Assembly (NCBI GenBank): GCA_029864385.1
Contig: JAOTTL010000001.1
Coordinates: 101 to 64,100, forward strand
Origin: Betaproteobacteria bacterium
GTDB taxonomy: Bacteria > Pseudomonadota > Gammaproteobacteria > Burkholderiales > SG8-41
Length of the DNA stretch: 64,000 nucleotides
Reading direction: 5' to 3'
The notes beneath the pieces are model-generated. The model made no database searches. It was not told where the DNA came from and saw only the letters and a list, made by a program, of their open reading frames with translations. Shown here in pieces: positions 34,925-42,997 of this stretch. Position 1 is the first letter of the stretch. The number at the start of each line of letters is the position of its first letter. The position numbers and the translations under genes are program-made.

Positions 34925-35075
34925 GTGCGCGCTATCCCCTGTCGCTCCGGCATACACCTTGATGGGGTTTCGCTGCACATTGTGCAGCGCGGTACAATCG
35001 TCAACCATGCTTCTTTTCGGAGGACGATTACAGCAGCTACCTGCACGGGTTGGCTGAGGCACTCCTGGAATTCGC
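34925..35075 (+). pseudogene. IS200-like Y1 (RAYT-type) transposase, N-terminal fragment with frameshift
   Basis: GTG 34925: RAIPCRSGIHLDGVSLHIVQRG. After a 1-nt frame change it reads NRQPCFFSEDDYSSYLHGLAEALLEFA, which matches the conserved LxLPGvPxHxxQRGNNRQxcFFxxeDY N-terminus. The rest of the gene is absent. Confidence 0.55.
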
Positions 35076-35414
35076 GCGCGCCTTCACCGCCATCTCGAGT
35101 TGCTTGATCTGCTCATTGAATGTCCCGATCACCGCCAGGTTGGCTGCGATCGCCAGCCGGCGCTCGGCCTCAGGGTCGATGGCCGGCAGATCCGCGGGGC
35201 TGAGACGCTTGACCTGGTTGGCGTTGATCAGCCGAGCGCTGTTGCGCTTGCGATAGACCACCTGGTCCGCTTCATCAATCACCGCCACCACGCAATTGTT
35301 CGAGTGCAGATCAATCCCGCTATACTTCTTCATTGAAGGCCTCCTTACGTTAAGGTTTGACTTCGGACCTCAACTTTAACCCCGCCGCACGCGGCGGCGA
35401 GGAGGCCTTCTAGA
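35037..35414 (-). mobile_element. IS110-family element remnant: 5-prime leader plus internally deleted/truncated transposase ORF
   Basis: MKKYSGIDLHSNNCVVAVIDEADQVVYRKR is a typical IS110-family N-terminus. It is joined directly to a mid-protein piece (AIDPEAERRLAIAANLAVIGTFNEQIKQLE) and then stops at 98 aa. The leader and first ~19 codons recur at 50125..50272. Confidence 0.65.
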
Positions 35415-35416
35415 AC

Positions 35417-36928
35417 ATGTTAATCAAAGTTGCCGCCAAGGACATCAGGATAGGCATGTTCGTTGCCGAACTCGATCGGCCGTGGACGGATACACCGTTC
35501 CTGCTTCAGGGTTTCCTGGTCGAGGATCAACACCAAGTAGCGCAGCTGCAAAGCTACTGCAAAGTCGTCTATGTTGATCGAACGAGGTCCGCCGACGGGG
35601 TTTTCCCTGAAACCCGGGACCTCACTCCGCGACCGCGTCCCACCATACCGCCCGGGTCAAAGAAAAGCATCCCCTCCGCCGATGCCGACCTCGGATCCGG
35701 CAAGGCCAGGAAATTGTCGGACGCGGAATCACTCATTCTGGACGTGATCGAGGAACTCGGCCCGCACGACAGAACGGCTTTTGGATCGAGCGTTGCCTCG
35801 GGCGAGATTACACATTCGAGCCTGTTCGGGTCTCTCAGGGAAGGAATTGCCAATCTGTTCCGCAGGCGGGAAGACGCCCGCGTGTCCGAACGTGGTATCG
35901 CGACGACCGGGGACCGTCTCAAAGCTGCCGATAACGCAGCGCGGACACCCGTACATCATGATTTCATTCCGTCGTCGATTCACGTCACGGTCCACCCTGA
36001 AACCAACACCATCGAGGAGGAAATGCCGCAGGCCAGACAGGCCTTTGCCCAAGTCGAGGAGCTTTCGCATCAGCTGGTCGACGACATACGCGCCGGCCGA
36101 CTCTTTTCCGTCGATCAGTTGGAAGAAGTCATCGATGACGTGGTGGGCAGCGCATTACGCAGTCCCGATGCGCTGATGTTGGTCACCCGTTTGAAACAGC
36201 AGGACATGGCAATTTACGGACACAGCCTTCAAGTTGCCGTTTATCTGGTGGCGCTTGGCCGGCATCTTGGTCTGCCGAGCGAAGAGCTTGCACGTCTGGC
36301 AACGCTCGGCCTGTTTCTCGATCTAGGCAAAACAAAGGTGCCGGCCACGCTACTCTACAAGCCGGGACCGTTGACACCGGACGAGTTCGACCTGGTCAAG
36401 CAGCATGTGTCCCTGGGAATGGAATTGATCCACCAGATTCCCGCCCTGCATCCCATGATTTTCGAGGGAGTTGCCCAGCACCACGAGCGCGAAGACGGCA
36501 GCGGCTACCCGGCAGGTTTCCGCGCGGAAGGCATTAGTTTGCACGGACGCATGGCTGCGATTGTCGACACCTTCGTCGCGCTGACCAACCCTCGTCCGTA
36601 CGCAGCCGCCATCTCCGCGTACGAGGCATTGCGCAAGCTCTCCGAGCTGGGCGGCCGCCTGTTCCACGCCCCCCTGGTCGAGCAATTCACGCAGACGATC
36701 GGCGTGTATCCCGTCGGCTCCCGGGTCGAGTTGTCATCGGGTGAAGTCGCGGTTGTCCTCCGCCAAAGCACCGTGCGCCGGCTCAAGCCGAAGGTCCTGG
36801 TGGTCACCGGGCCGGACAAGGTTCCGGTACCGTCCCCGACAATGCTCGACTTGCTCTATCAGCCTGTCGGCAATGAAGCGGTGCATATCGTGCGCGGATT
36901 GCCGGGCGGATCCCCTGGACGCGATTAG
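35417..36928 (+). CDS. HD-GYP domain protein with DUF3391-type N-terminus (HD motif degenerate)
   Basis: MLIKVAAKDIRIGMFVAELDRPWTDTPFLLQGF is DUF3391-like. HD-GYP region GHSLQVAVYL, LFLDLGK (LD instead of HD), QHHEREDGSGYPAG. Confidence 0.8.
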   Translation: MLIKVAAKDIRIGMFVAELDRPWTDTPFLLQGFLVEDQHQVAQLQSYCKVVYVDRTRSADGVFPETRDLTPRPRPTIPPGSKKSIPSADADLGSGKARKLSDAESLILDVIEELGPHDRTAFGSSVASGEITHSSLFGSLREGIANLFRRREDARVSERGIATTGDRLKAADNAARTPVHHDFIPSSIHVTVHPETNTIEEEMPQARQAFAQVEELSHQLVDDIRAGRLFSVDQLEEVIDDVVGSALRSPDALMLVTRLKQQDMAIYGHSLQVAVYLVALGRHLGLPSEELARLATLGLFLDLGKTKVPATLLYKPGPLTPDEFDLVKQHVSLGMELIHQIPALHPMIFEGVAQHHEREDGSGYPAGFRAEGISLHGRMAAIVDTFVALTNPRPYAAAISAYEALRKLSELGGRLFHAPLVEQFTQTIGVYPVGSRVELSSGEVAVVLRQSTVRRLKPKVLVVTGPDKVPVPSPTMLDLLYQPVGNEAVHIVRGLPGGSPGRD

Positions 36929-37104
36929 ACGAAGAAAACAAATGGGGTCACCCATTACCCGAGCCCTGTCCGTCGATCCTGGCGCGTCTAATGAGCTCGA
37001 CAATTTTCTTGGGCCTTCAATTTTCGAGTTGTCACACAGCCTCGGCCATTGGCGGACGTTTATCGAACCTTGTAATCCGTTGAGCACGCGTTGTTTCTAA
37101 CGTT

Positions 37105-37177
37105 AAATGGGATCAGTGTAGGCTTTGTCTTAATTGGAGGCTTGGGCTTAGGGAAAAGTTACGCTCACCCCATTTAC
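37105..37177. repeat. doublet of second REP-like family (AAATGGGATCAGTGTAGGCTTT ... AAGTTACGCTCACCCCATTTA)
   Basis: Imperfect inverted arms read directly. Confidence 0.65.
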
Positions 37178-37288
37178 CTGGTGTGATCGGACCCGAACGA
37201 ATAAGGCCGGCGGAAATTGCGGGTATACCCCCTCGTCGGCATAATTAGCCTTCAATGAAATAAATAAGTTCCGGCTCATCGCACGCTT

Positions 37289-38260
37289 TTGGATAATCGC
37301 GCAAACAATGCATCGGGCAGCAGCGGAATCGTGACGTCCGCGTCGGCTTCAGCCTGGCGGCCTCAAACGGAAGTCGAGGTCATCGTCGGCACGCCGCCCG
37401 GCGGCGGCCAGGACCGCCCGGCGCGCGCACTGATGCGCGTGCTTCAGGCCGGCGGGCTCATCGACGTTCCCATGCGGCTCACCAACACGCCGGGCAAGGG
37501 CGGCGGCAACGCATGGGATTCCCTGCGCCGGCGCCCGTGCGACCCGCACACGCTGTCGATCAGCTCGGCGCCGCTCATCACCAACAAGATCCTGGGGGTG
37601 AGCAATTTCGACTACGTCGAGCTTACTCCGATCGCGACGCTCTATACGGAATACCTCGGCTTCGTCGTGCGGGCGGACTCGCCTCTGCACAGCGCCGGCG
37701 ACGTGCTCGATCGGCTGCACGCGAATGCGGGCGGCCTGACAATCGCGCTCGCCACCGCCGTCGGCACCACTAACCACATCGCAATGGGACAGATAACGCA
37801 GCACGTAGGTGGTGATCCGAAAGCGCTGAAGCTGCGCGTATTCGAGTCAGCGCTCTACGCGGCCGCTGACGTGCTCGAAGGACAGGCGGAGCTCGGGGCC
37901 ATCTCGGCCGTCAGCGCGGCAAAGGCGCTTAAAACGGGCGAGCTGCGCGCCCTCGCAGTATCTGCGCCCAGCCGGCTGGGCGGCGTGTATGCAGACGCGC
38001 CGACCTGGGTCGAGCAATCGGTTCCCTGCGTCATCGGGCAATGGCGCGGCATCATAGGCGCTCAGGGGATTATTCGCGAACAGATCGCGTACTGGGAACA
38101 GGCGCTTGCCGCCGCTACGGCGAGCTCCGCGTGGGCCGCAGAGCTCGAGCAGAACTACTGGACCGGCACCTACAAGGCGAGCGAAGACACGTGTGCGTTT
38201 CTCGATTCCGAGCGCGCCTTCCTAAGCGGCATGCTGCACGAGCTTGGACTGACCAACTAA
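37289..38260 (+). CDS. Bug/TctC-like substrate-binding protein lacking a recognisable signal peptide
   Basis: VEVIVGTPPGGGQDRPARAL and C-terminal Bug-like pattern. TTG start. The N-terminus MDNRANNASGSSG is not signal-like, so this may be a 5-prime truncated or atypical copy. Confidence 0.6.
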   Translation: MDNRANNASGSSGIVTSASASAWRPQTEVEVIVGTPPGGGQDRPARALMRVLQAGGLIDVPMRLTNTPGKGGGNAWDSLRRRPCDPHTLSISSAPLITNKILGVSNFDYVELTPIATLYTEYLGFVVRADSPLHSAGDVLDRLHANAGGLTIALATAVGTTNHIAMGQITQHVGGDPKALKLRVFESALYAAADVLEGQAELGAISAVSAAKALKTGELRALAVSAPSRLGGVYADAPTWVEQSVPCVIGQWRGIIGAQGIIREQIAYWEQALAAATASSAWAAELEQNYWTGTYKASEDTCAFLDSERAFLSGMLHELGLTN

Positions 38261-38376
38261 GCGAGTATGTCCGCCGTAATGTATCAACGCGGCGGAGCGG
38301 GTACCTGCGGCAAGTCGGGCGTGACATCCTGTTGCCCGCGCGTTACGCTCGGTCTTCATCCACGGAGGCCGATAAC

Positions 38377-39060
38377 ATGACCACCGCCCTCAAGGTTGGC
38401 CTGATGGTTCCCATGAACAATACGACCATGGAACCCGAGATGCTGGCGTGGCTTCCCGCGGGATCGACCTGCACCACGCTGCGCATCCCCCGCGGCAAGG
38501 GCCTGCTCACCGCGGAATCGATCCCCGAATATAAGGCGCAGGCGCTATTCCTCGCTCGCCAGTTTGCCGCGATGGACCTCGATGTCGTGGCGTACGGGTG
38601 CACCGCCGCGAGCTTCATATCCGGCCCGGAGGGAGACGCGCAGCTCGCGCGCGAACTCGCCGAGATCACCGGCAAGCCGGTGGTCACGACGGCGCAGTCG
38701 ATGGTGATCGCGCTGCGGGAGGATAACGCCAAGGACATCGCGCTCGTTACACCGTACACGGACCTGGTCAACAGGCAGCTGAAGGCCTACCTCGCAAACA
38801 GCGGCATCCGTGTGCAGCGCTTCAACAGCTTTTATGCCGCGGACGTCGAGGAGCTGGGCCGCATCCAGGCCGACGCGGTGGCGCGCCTCGCCGGGGAAAC
38901 GATGGACGATGAGTGCGAGGCGATGTTCATCGCCTGCTCGCAGCTTCCGACCTACGAAATCCTCGACGGATTGCGGAACCGGTTCGGACGTCCGGTGTGG
39001 TCGTCCGTGCAGGCGACTGCGCGGCAGGCGACGCGCGCGGGCAGGCTCCAGACCGCCTGA
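38377..39060 (+). CDS. Asp/Glu racemase family protein (maleate isomerase / arylmalonate decarboxylase-like)
   Basis: ATG 38377 after GGAGG. KVGLMVPMNNTTMEPEM, VVAYGCTAASF and MFIACSQLPT (two catalytic-Cys-type motifs). The track ORF 38041 start overlaps the upstream gene and is rejected. Confidence 0.75.
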   Translation: MTTALKVGLMVPMNNTTMEPEMLAWLPAGSTCTTLRIPRGKGLLTAESIPEYKAQALFLARQFAAMDLDVVAYGCTAASFISGPEGDAQLARELAEITGKPVVTTAQSMVIALREDNAKDIALVTPYTDLVNRQLKAYLANSGIRVQRFNSFYAADVEELGRIQADAVARLAGETMDDECEAMFIACSQLPTYEILDGLRNRFGRPVWSSVQATARQATRAGRLQTA

Positions 39061-39140
39061 TACCCGGCCTTCCGCGACCGGAAACGCTTTACCGCAAGGC
39101 CGGGTGACCAGCCCGGCGATCGCCGCCGGGCTGGATCCGA

Positions 39141-40109
39141 TCAGTTGGTCTTGATCTTGCGCTCCTTGACGATCTGCCGCCACTTGGCGATCTGGACCTT
39201 CAGAAGCTGGCTGAATTCTTCCGCCGACATGTCCAGAACCGGCTTGGCACCATTAAATTCGATGATGGACTTCACTTCGTCGATGGCGAGTATCTGCCGT
39301 ATCTCGTCGTTGAGCTTCTTGACGATGGCGTCGGGCGTCTTGCTCGGCGCCAATATGCCCCACCACGTCGCCACGTCGTAACCGGGAACGCCTGCTTCGG
39401 CTATCGTGGGCAACTCGGGCATGAATGGCGAGCGCTTGGCGGTGGTCACGGCGAGGGCACGCAGGCGCCCCGCCTTGATCATCGGAGTCGAGGAAGGCGC
39501 GCTTGCGATCAGCATGGGTACTTCACCGGCAACCGTCGCGATGACCGCCGGCGCAATGCCCTTGTAGGGCACGTGGACGATATCGATATTGGCGCCTTGT
39601 GCAAACAGCTCGGTCGCGAGATGCGGAATGGTGCCGGCGCCGGCGGAACCGTAATTCAACTGCCCCGGCTTGCCCTTCGCGAGCGCGATCAGTTGCCTCA
39701 CCGACTTCACCGGAAGCGAGGGATGCACTGAGAGCACCAACGGCCCCTCGCCCACCATGGCAACGCCCCTGAGGTCGGTCAGCGGATCGAATTGCATCCT
39801 GGTGTAGATTGCCGCACTCGTGGTGTACGTGACCGTAACGATCACTAGCGTGTGGCCGTCGGGAGCCGATTTGGCAACGTAGCCGGAGCCGATCGTTTGA
39901 CCGGCGCCCGAACGGTTCTCGGTGATCACGATCTGCCCCAGCCGCTTGTGCAGGTGGTCCGCAAGCAGCCGGCCCAGAAAGTCCGCTGACCCCCCCGGCC
40001 CGGCCGGCACGATTATACGCATCTGCTTGGTTGGAAACTCCTGGGCGAACGAAACAGAACTCAGCCCGGCAATCAAGGCCAAGCCACAGACAATCGCTGG
40101 AATATGCAT
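39141..40109 (-). CDS. Bug family tripartite tricarboxylate transporter substrate-binding protein (TctC-like)
   Basis: MHIPAIVCGLALIAGLSSVSFAQEFPTKQMRIIVPAGPGGSADFLGR. ATG 40109 after GGAGGAGAAG. Alternative ATG at 40124. Confidence 0.85.
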   Translation of the reverse strand: MHIPAIVCGLALIAGLSSVSFAQEFPTKQMRIIVPAGPGGSADFLGRLLADHLHKRLGQIVITENRSGAGQTIGSGYVAKSAPDGHTLVIVTVTYTTSAAIYTRMQFDPLTDLRGVAMVGEGPLVLSVHPSLPVKSVRQLIALAKGKPGQLNYGSAGAGTIPHLATELFAQGANIDIVHVPYKGIAPAVIATVAGEVPMLIASAPSSTPMIKAGRLRALAVTTAKRSPFMPELPTIAEAGVPGYDVATWWGILAPSKTPDAIVKKLNDEIRQILAIDEVKSIIEFNGAKPVLDMSAEEFSQLLKVQIAKWRQIVKERKIKTN

Positions 40110-40490
40110 GCTCTTCTCCTCCATCGTGCTAAACAATTTTTGAAGCGATCGCGCTGCAGCGCGTCGGCGTGGATGCTCTCGCACGTGTTTTCTTTTGCGT
40201 TGTATAACACAAAGTCGGCGGTTGTCGCGAGCGTGACAACGTTGGAGCGACGCGCAGGCAGCATCACATTATGGGCGTACTGGCTCGAGAAATACAGGCC
40301 GGACCTCGAAAAGTTGGTCGTGTAGTTCCTTTCGGATTAAAAAGCTTCACGGCTAAGGCCGCGGCGGCTTCCTGTTGAGCAACGGGTGCGCATAACGAAC
40401 CGCCCCTCGTTTCTTGCCCGGCCCGCTCATTGGCGCGGCATTCGCGCGGGCGCCGCGCTGATCGCGGCGCCGGAAGCCCAAACGCGCCGG

Positions 40491-41413
40491 TTATGTATGG
40501 GAATACATCTGCAGGCCGGCCACCGGCATTTGCGCCGTCAGGATTTTTCCATGGCCGTCGAGGATGAACATGGTTTTGTTCTCCGGGCCGCCGTACGCCA
40601 CGTTGGTGAGCTTGTCGCTGGTGCAGGTCTCGATCCGGTAAATCGGCAGGCCGATCTTGTTGAAGACCCATATGACGCCCATGTTCGTCTGAACGCAGAC
40701 CACGTTTCCGTCCACGTCGATCGCCATGCCGTCGGGCGTTCCGAAACCCGGCATGATCGCGAAGGTCCCCGTCCTGAACGGCGGGTGCGTATCCCGGAGC
40801 GGCTGCCACCAGATCGCGTTGTTGCGCGAGCCTACATAGAGCGTTTTCTCATCGGGGCTGAGCACCAAGCCATTCGGCCCCGGCAATGTCTCAACCAGTA
40901 ATTCGAGCCTGCCGCCGGCCGAAAAACGGTACACCCGACCGGTCGCATCGTGCAGCCCGGTCTGCCCCTGGTCGGTGAAGTACAGATCGCCATTGCGCCC
41001 AAAAACGAGATCGTTGAGCCCTTTGAAGCTCTCGAAGGGTTTGAAGTCCAGAAAGGGCGTCACTTTCGCGGTCTTCGGTTCGAGGACCATGACGCCATGG
41101 TGATAATCGGCGATGAATATATGTGCCCGTCTTTGTGGATTTTCATGCCGTTCGGTTCGCCGTCGTACTCGGCAAAAAGATCGATATCCCCGTTGGGCGA
41201 CATGCGGTAAACACGGCCGTGAGGCGTGTCCGAAAAAAAGAGATAGCCGGTCCTGTCGAAGCACGGCCCCTCCAGATAGAAATCGACACCCATCGCGAAT
41301 CGCGCGTAATACTGAGTAACCTTTCCGGCTTGAGAACCCGACTTCGCGTATTTCCCGGGCATGGTGGCGAAGAGCGTCGTTCTTATGACTTGCGGTGGAT
41401 CGTAAGGGCCCAT
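40491..41413 (-). pseudogene. SMP-30/gluconolactonase/LRE family protein, frameshifted
   Basis: The N-terminal 80 aa are in ORF 41060..41413 (..GEPNGMKIHKDGHI). The remainder is in ORF 40491..41417 (HIFIADYHHGVMV...GPNGLVLSPDEKTLYV...PDGMAIDVDGNV). The frames meet at the ATATAT run 41117-41122. Confidence 0.75.
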
Positions 41414-41438
41414 TCATTCCTCTCCGTTTACTGAGTGT

Positions 41439-42260
41439 TTACGCACCGGTCAGGTAATCGTAGAGATTGGAAACGTTGCGCTTCATGACGCCCGGCGCCA
41501 TGCCGTCCTGCCCCACGTCCATCGGATAACGGTCGGTCATGGCGGTGAGCCGTTCGATGGCCTCGTCCTTCGTCATGCCGCGGTCGATGGCGTCCTTGAC
41601 GTAGGCTTTCCACTCCCGGATGAACTCGGCCTGCTCGGGGAGGTAGTCCTTGCCGCAGACCGCGCCATGCCCCGGCACGAAGACTTCTTCGGAGAGCTTG
41701 CGCAAGGATTCGAGTGCGATCAGCCACAGGTCGGGGTTCGCTTCCTGCAGCCACGTCTGCACCTTGTGGAAGATGTTGTCGCTGGTGAACACGACGCCTT
41801 CTTCCTTGATGCAAATCGCCGCCTGGAAGGCGGTATGGCCGGGCATGTGGATCATCTGGAAGGTGTGATTGCCCACGTGCAGCGTCATGCCGTTCCTGAA
41901 GGTGATGATCGGTGCATTGGGACGATAGCCTTCGAGGAGCTTCGGCTCCTCAGGCCCGAAGGTGGCCACGCGGGCGACGTGCTCCTCCATATTCGTTTCG
42001 AGGATGCGCCTGCGCACGCCCTCGTGCGCGATCACGGGGGCGTCGAAGAACGCGTTTCCAGTCCAGTGGTCGCCGTGCGGCTCGGTGTTGATGATGTAGC
42101 GCAGCGGCCCGTGTTTCGCGATGTCGGCCTTGAGCTTGAGCGCGTCGCTCGGCTTGTGCGGACTGTCGATCATGACCACGCCGTCCGACGTGGTCACGAA
42201 CCCGTGGTTGCAGCCGCGGATCTGCGTTTCGACAAACACGTTGCGGGTCAATTGCTGCAT
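41439..42260 (-). CDS. MBL-fold metallo-hydrolase
   Basis: Metal motif TEPHGDHWTG (HxHxDH-like), later MPGHT and PGHG. 273 aa. Confidence 0.8.
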   Translation of the reverse strand: MQQLTRNVFVETQIRGCNHGFVTTSDGVVMIDSPHKPSDALKLKADIAKHGPLRYIINTEPHGDHWTGNAFFDAPVIAHEGVRRRILETNMEEHVARVATFGPEEPKLLEGYRPNAPIITFRNGMTLHVGNHTFQMIHMPGHTAFQAAICIKEEGVVFTSDNIFHKVQTWLQEANPDLWLIALESLRKLSEEVFVPGHGAVCGKDYLPEQAEFIREWKAYVKDAIDRGMTKDEAIERLTAMTDRYPMDVGQDGMAPGVMKRNVSNLYDYLTGA

Positions 42261-42368
42261 ATGGCAAGACTCCTGTCAGCGAACGTTGCGGCAATCAGGG
42301 GACTGTTCAAGGCGTGGGGTCAGCTCGCCCCCATGAAGCCCAGAATCGGTGGCCGCATGATTCCTCCC

Positions 42369-42503
42369 TCACTTCTTAAACTTTACCCTGCGCCACTCCC
42401 ACGGGGGTATAGGGGCATCATCTACCCATAGTCCCCACTTCCGCAATCGCGCTTTCTGTTCCGCAGACTCGTAGTGCCCCCGATATTCCTCCGGCATGGA
42501 CAT
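42369..42503 (-). pseudogene. thermonuclease (SNase-like) C-terminal fragment
   Basis: The 44-codon ORF MSMPEEYRGHYESAEQKARLRKWGLWVDDAPIPPWEWRRVKFKK matches the conserved C-terminal ...A..ArkkklGLW....P.PPWeWR of staphylococcal-nuclease homologs. No N-terminal domain is present. Confidence 0.35.
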
Positions 42504-42726
42504 TTACATCGTAGATTACAGAACGCATCTTAAAGGCATTACAGGAGTGCGCCTTGAGGCTCTTGAGCACCCGAGCCTTCCCGCCAATGACGGTCCCGGA
42601 TTCTGGCAGAACGAGAACTTCGTTCTAACTGAGCTGCAAATGTACGCTGTCTCGCGCAAGCGGCCATCGGTAGGCACGCCATGGCAGCCCGCGGCTTCAC
42701 CTTTCCCATTCAATGTGACGCCCTGA
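42496..42726 (+). pseudogene. orphan gene fragment (76 aa) of unknown origin
   Basis: ITGVRLEALEHPSLPANDGPGFWQNENFVLTEL resembles an internal repeat seen in large planctomycete-type DUF1553/PSD1 proteins. This is recalled from memory only. It is short and isolated, and is followed by a terminator. Confidence 0.2.
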
Positions 42727-42790
42727 GCTTCGTGGCGCGGCGGAGGAGAAACGCCATTTAATCAAAGCCTCAATCAGCCGTAACTACACA

Positions 42791-42811
42791 CCCTGCTGCG
42801 GCGGGGTTTTT
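42791..42811 (+). terminator. rho-independent terminator-like hairpin, sequence-related to 17697..17721
   Basis: CCCTGC-TGCG-GCGGGG followed by TTTTTGTTTG. It shares the preceding AACTACACACCC with the minus-strand copy at 17722-17733. Confidence 0.6.
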
Positions 42812-42997
42812 GTTTGTGGGGACGCGTCCAGGCACGGTAGGCTGCGAGGGCAAGCAGGGTGGCGAGGATGCCGGTCGTCGGGATATGCCGCCAAGAAAAG
42901 GGGATTTCTTCTACCTGGGATGGGAGAAATTGATCCTTCCGGGGGGCGATGAACGAGCATAGACTTTGAGCATTGCGTTGATGCGTTCAGGGGGGTG

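Noticed and set aside
38041-38376. Long N-terminal extension of the Asp/Glu racemase-family ORF (track start 38041).
   Set aside because: The extension overlaps the 3-prime end of the Bug-like gene in another frame and is Arg-rich nonsense. ATG 38377 has a GGAGG site and gives the family-typical N-terminus.
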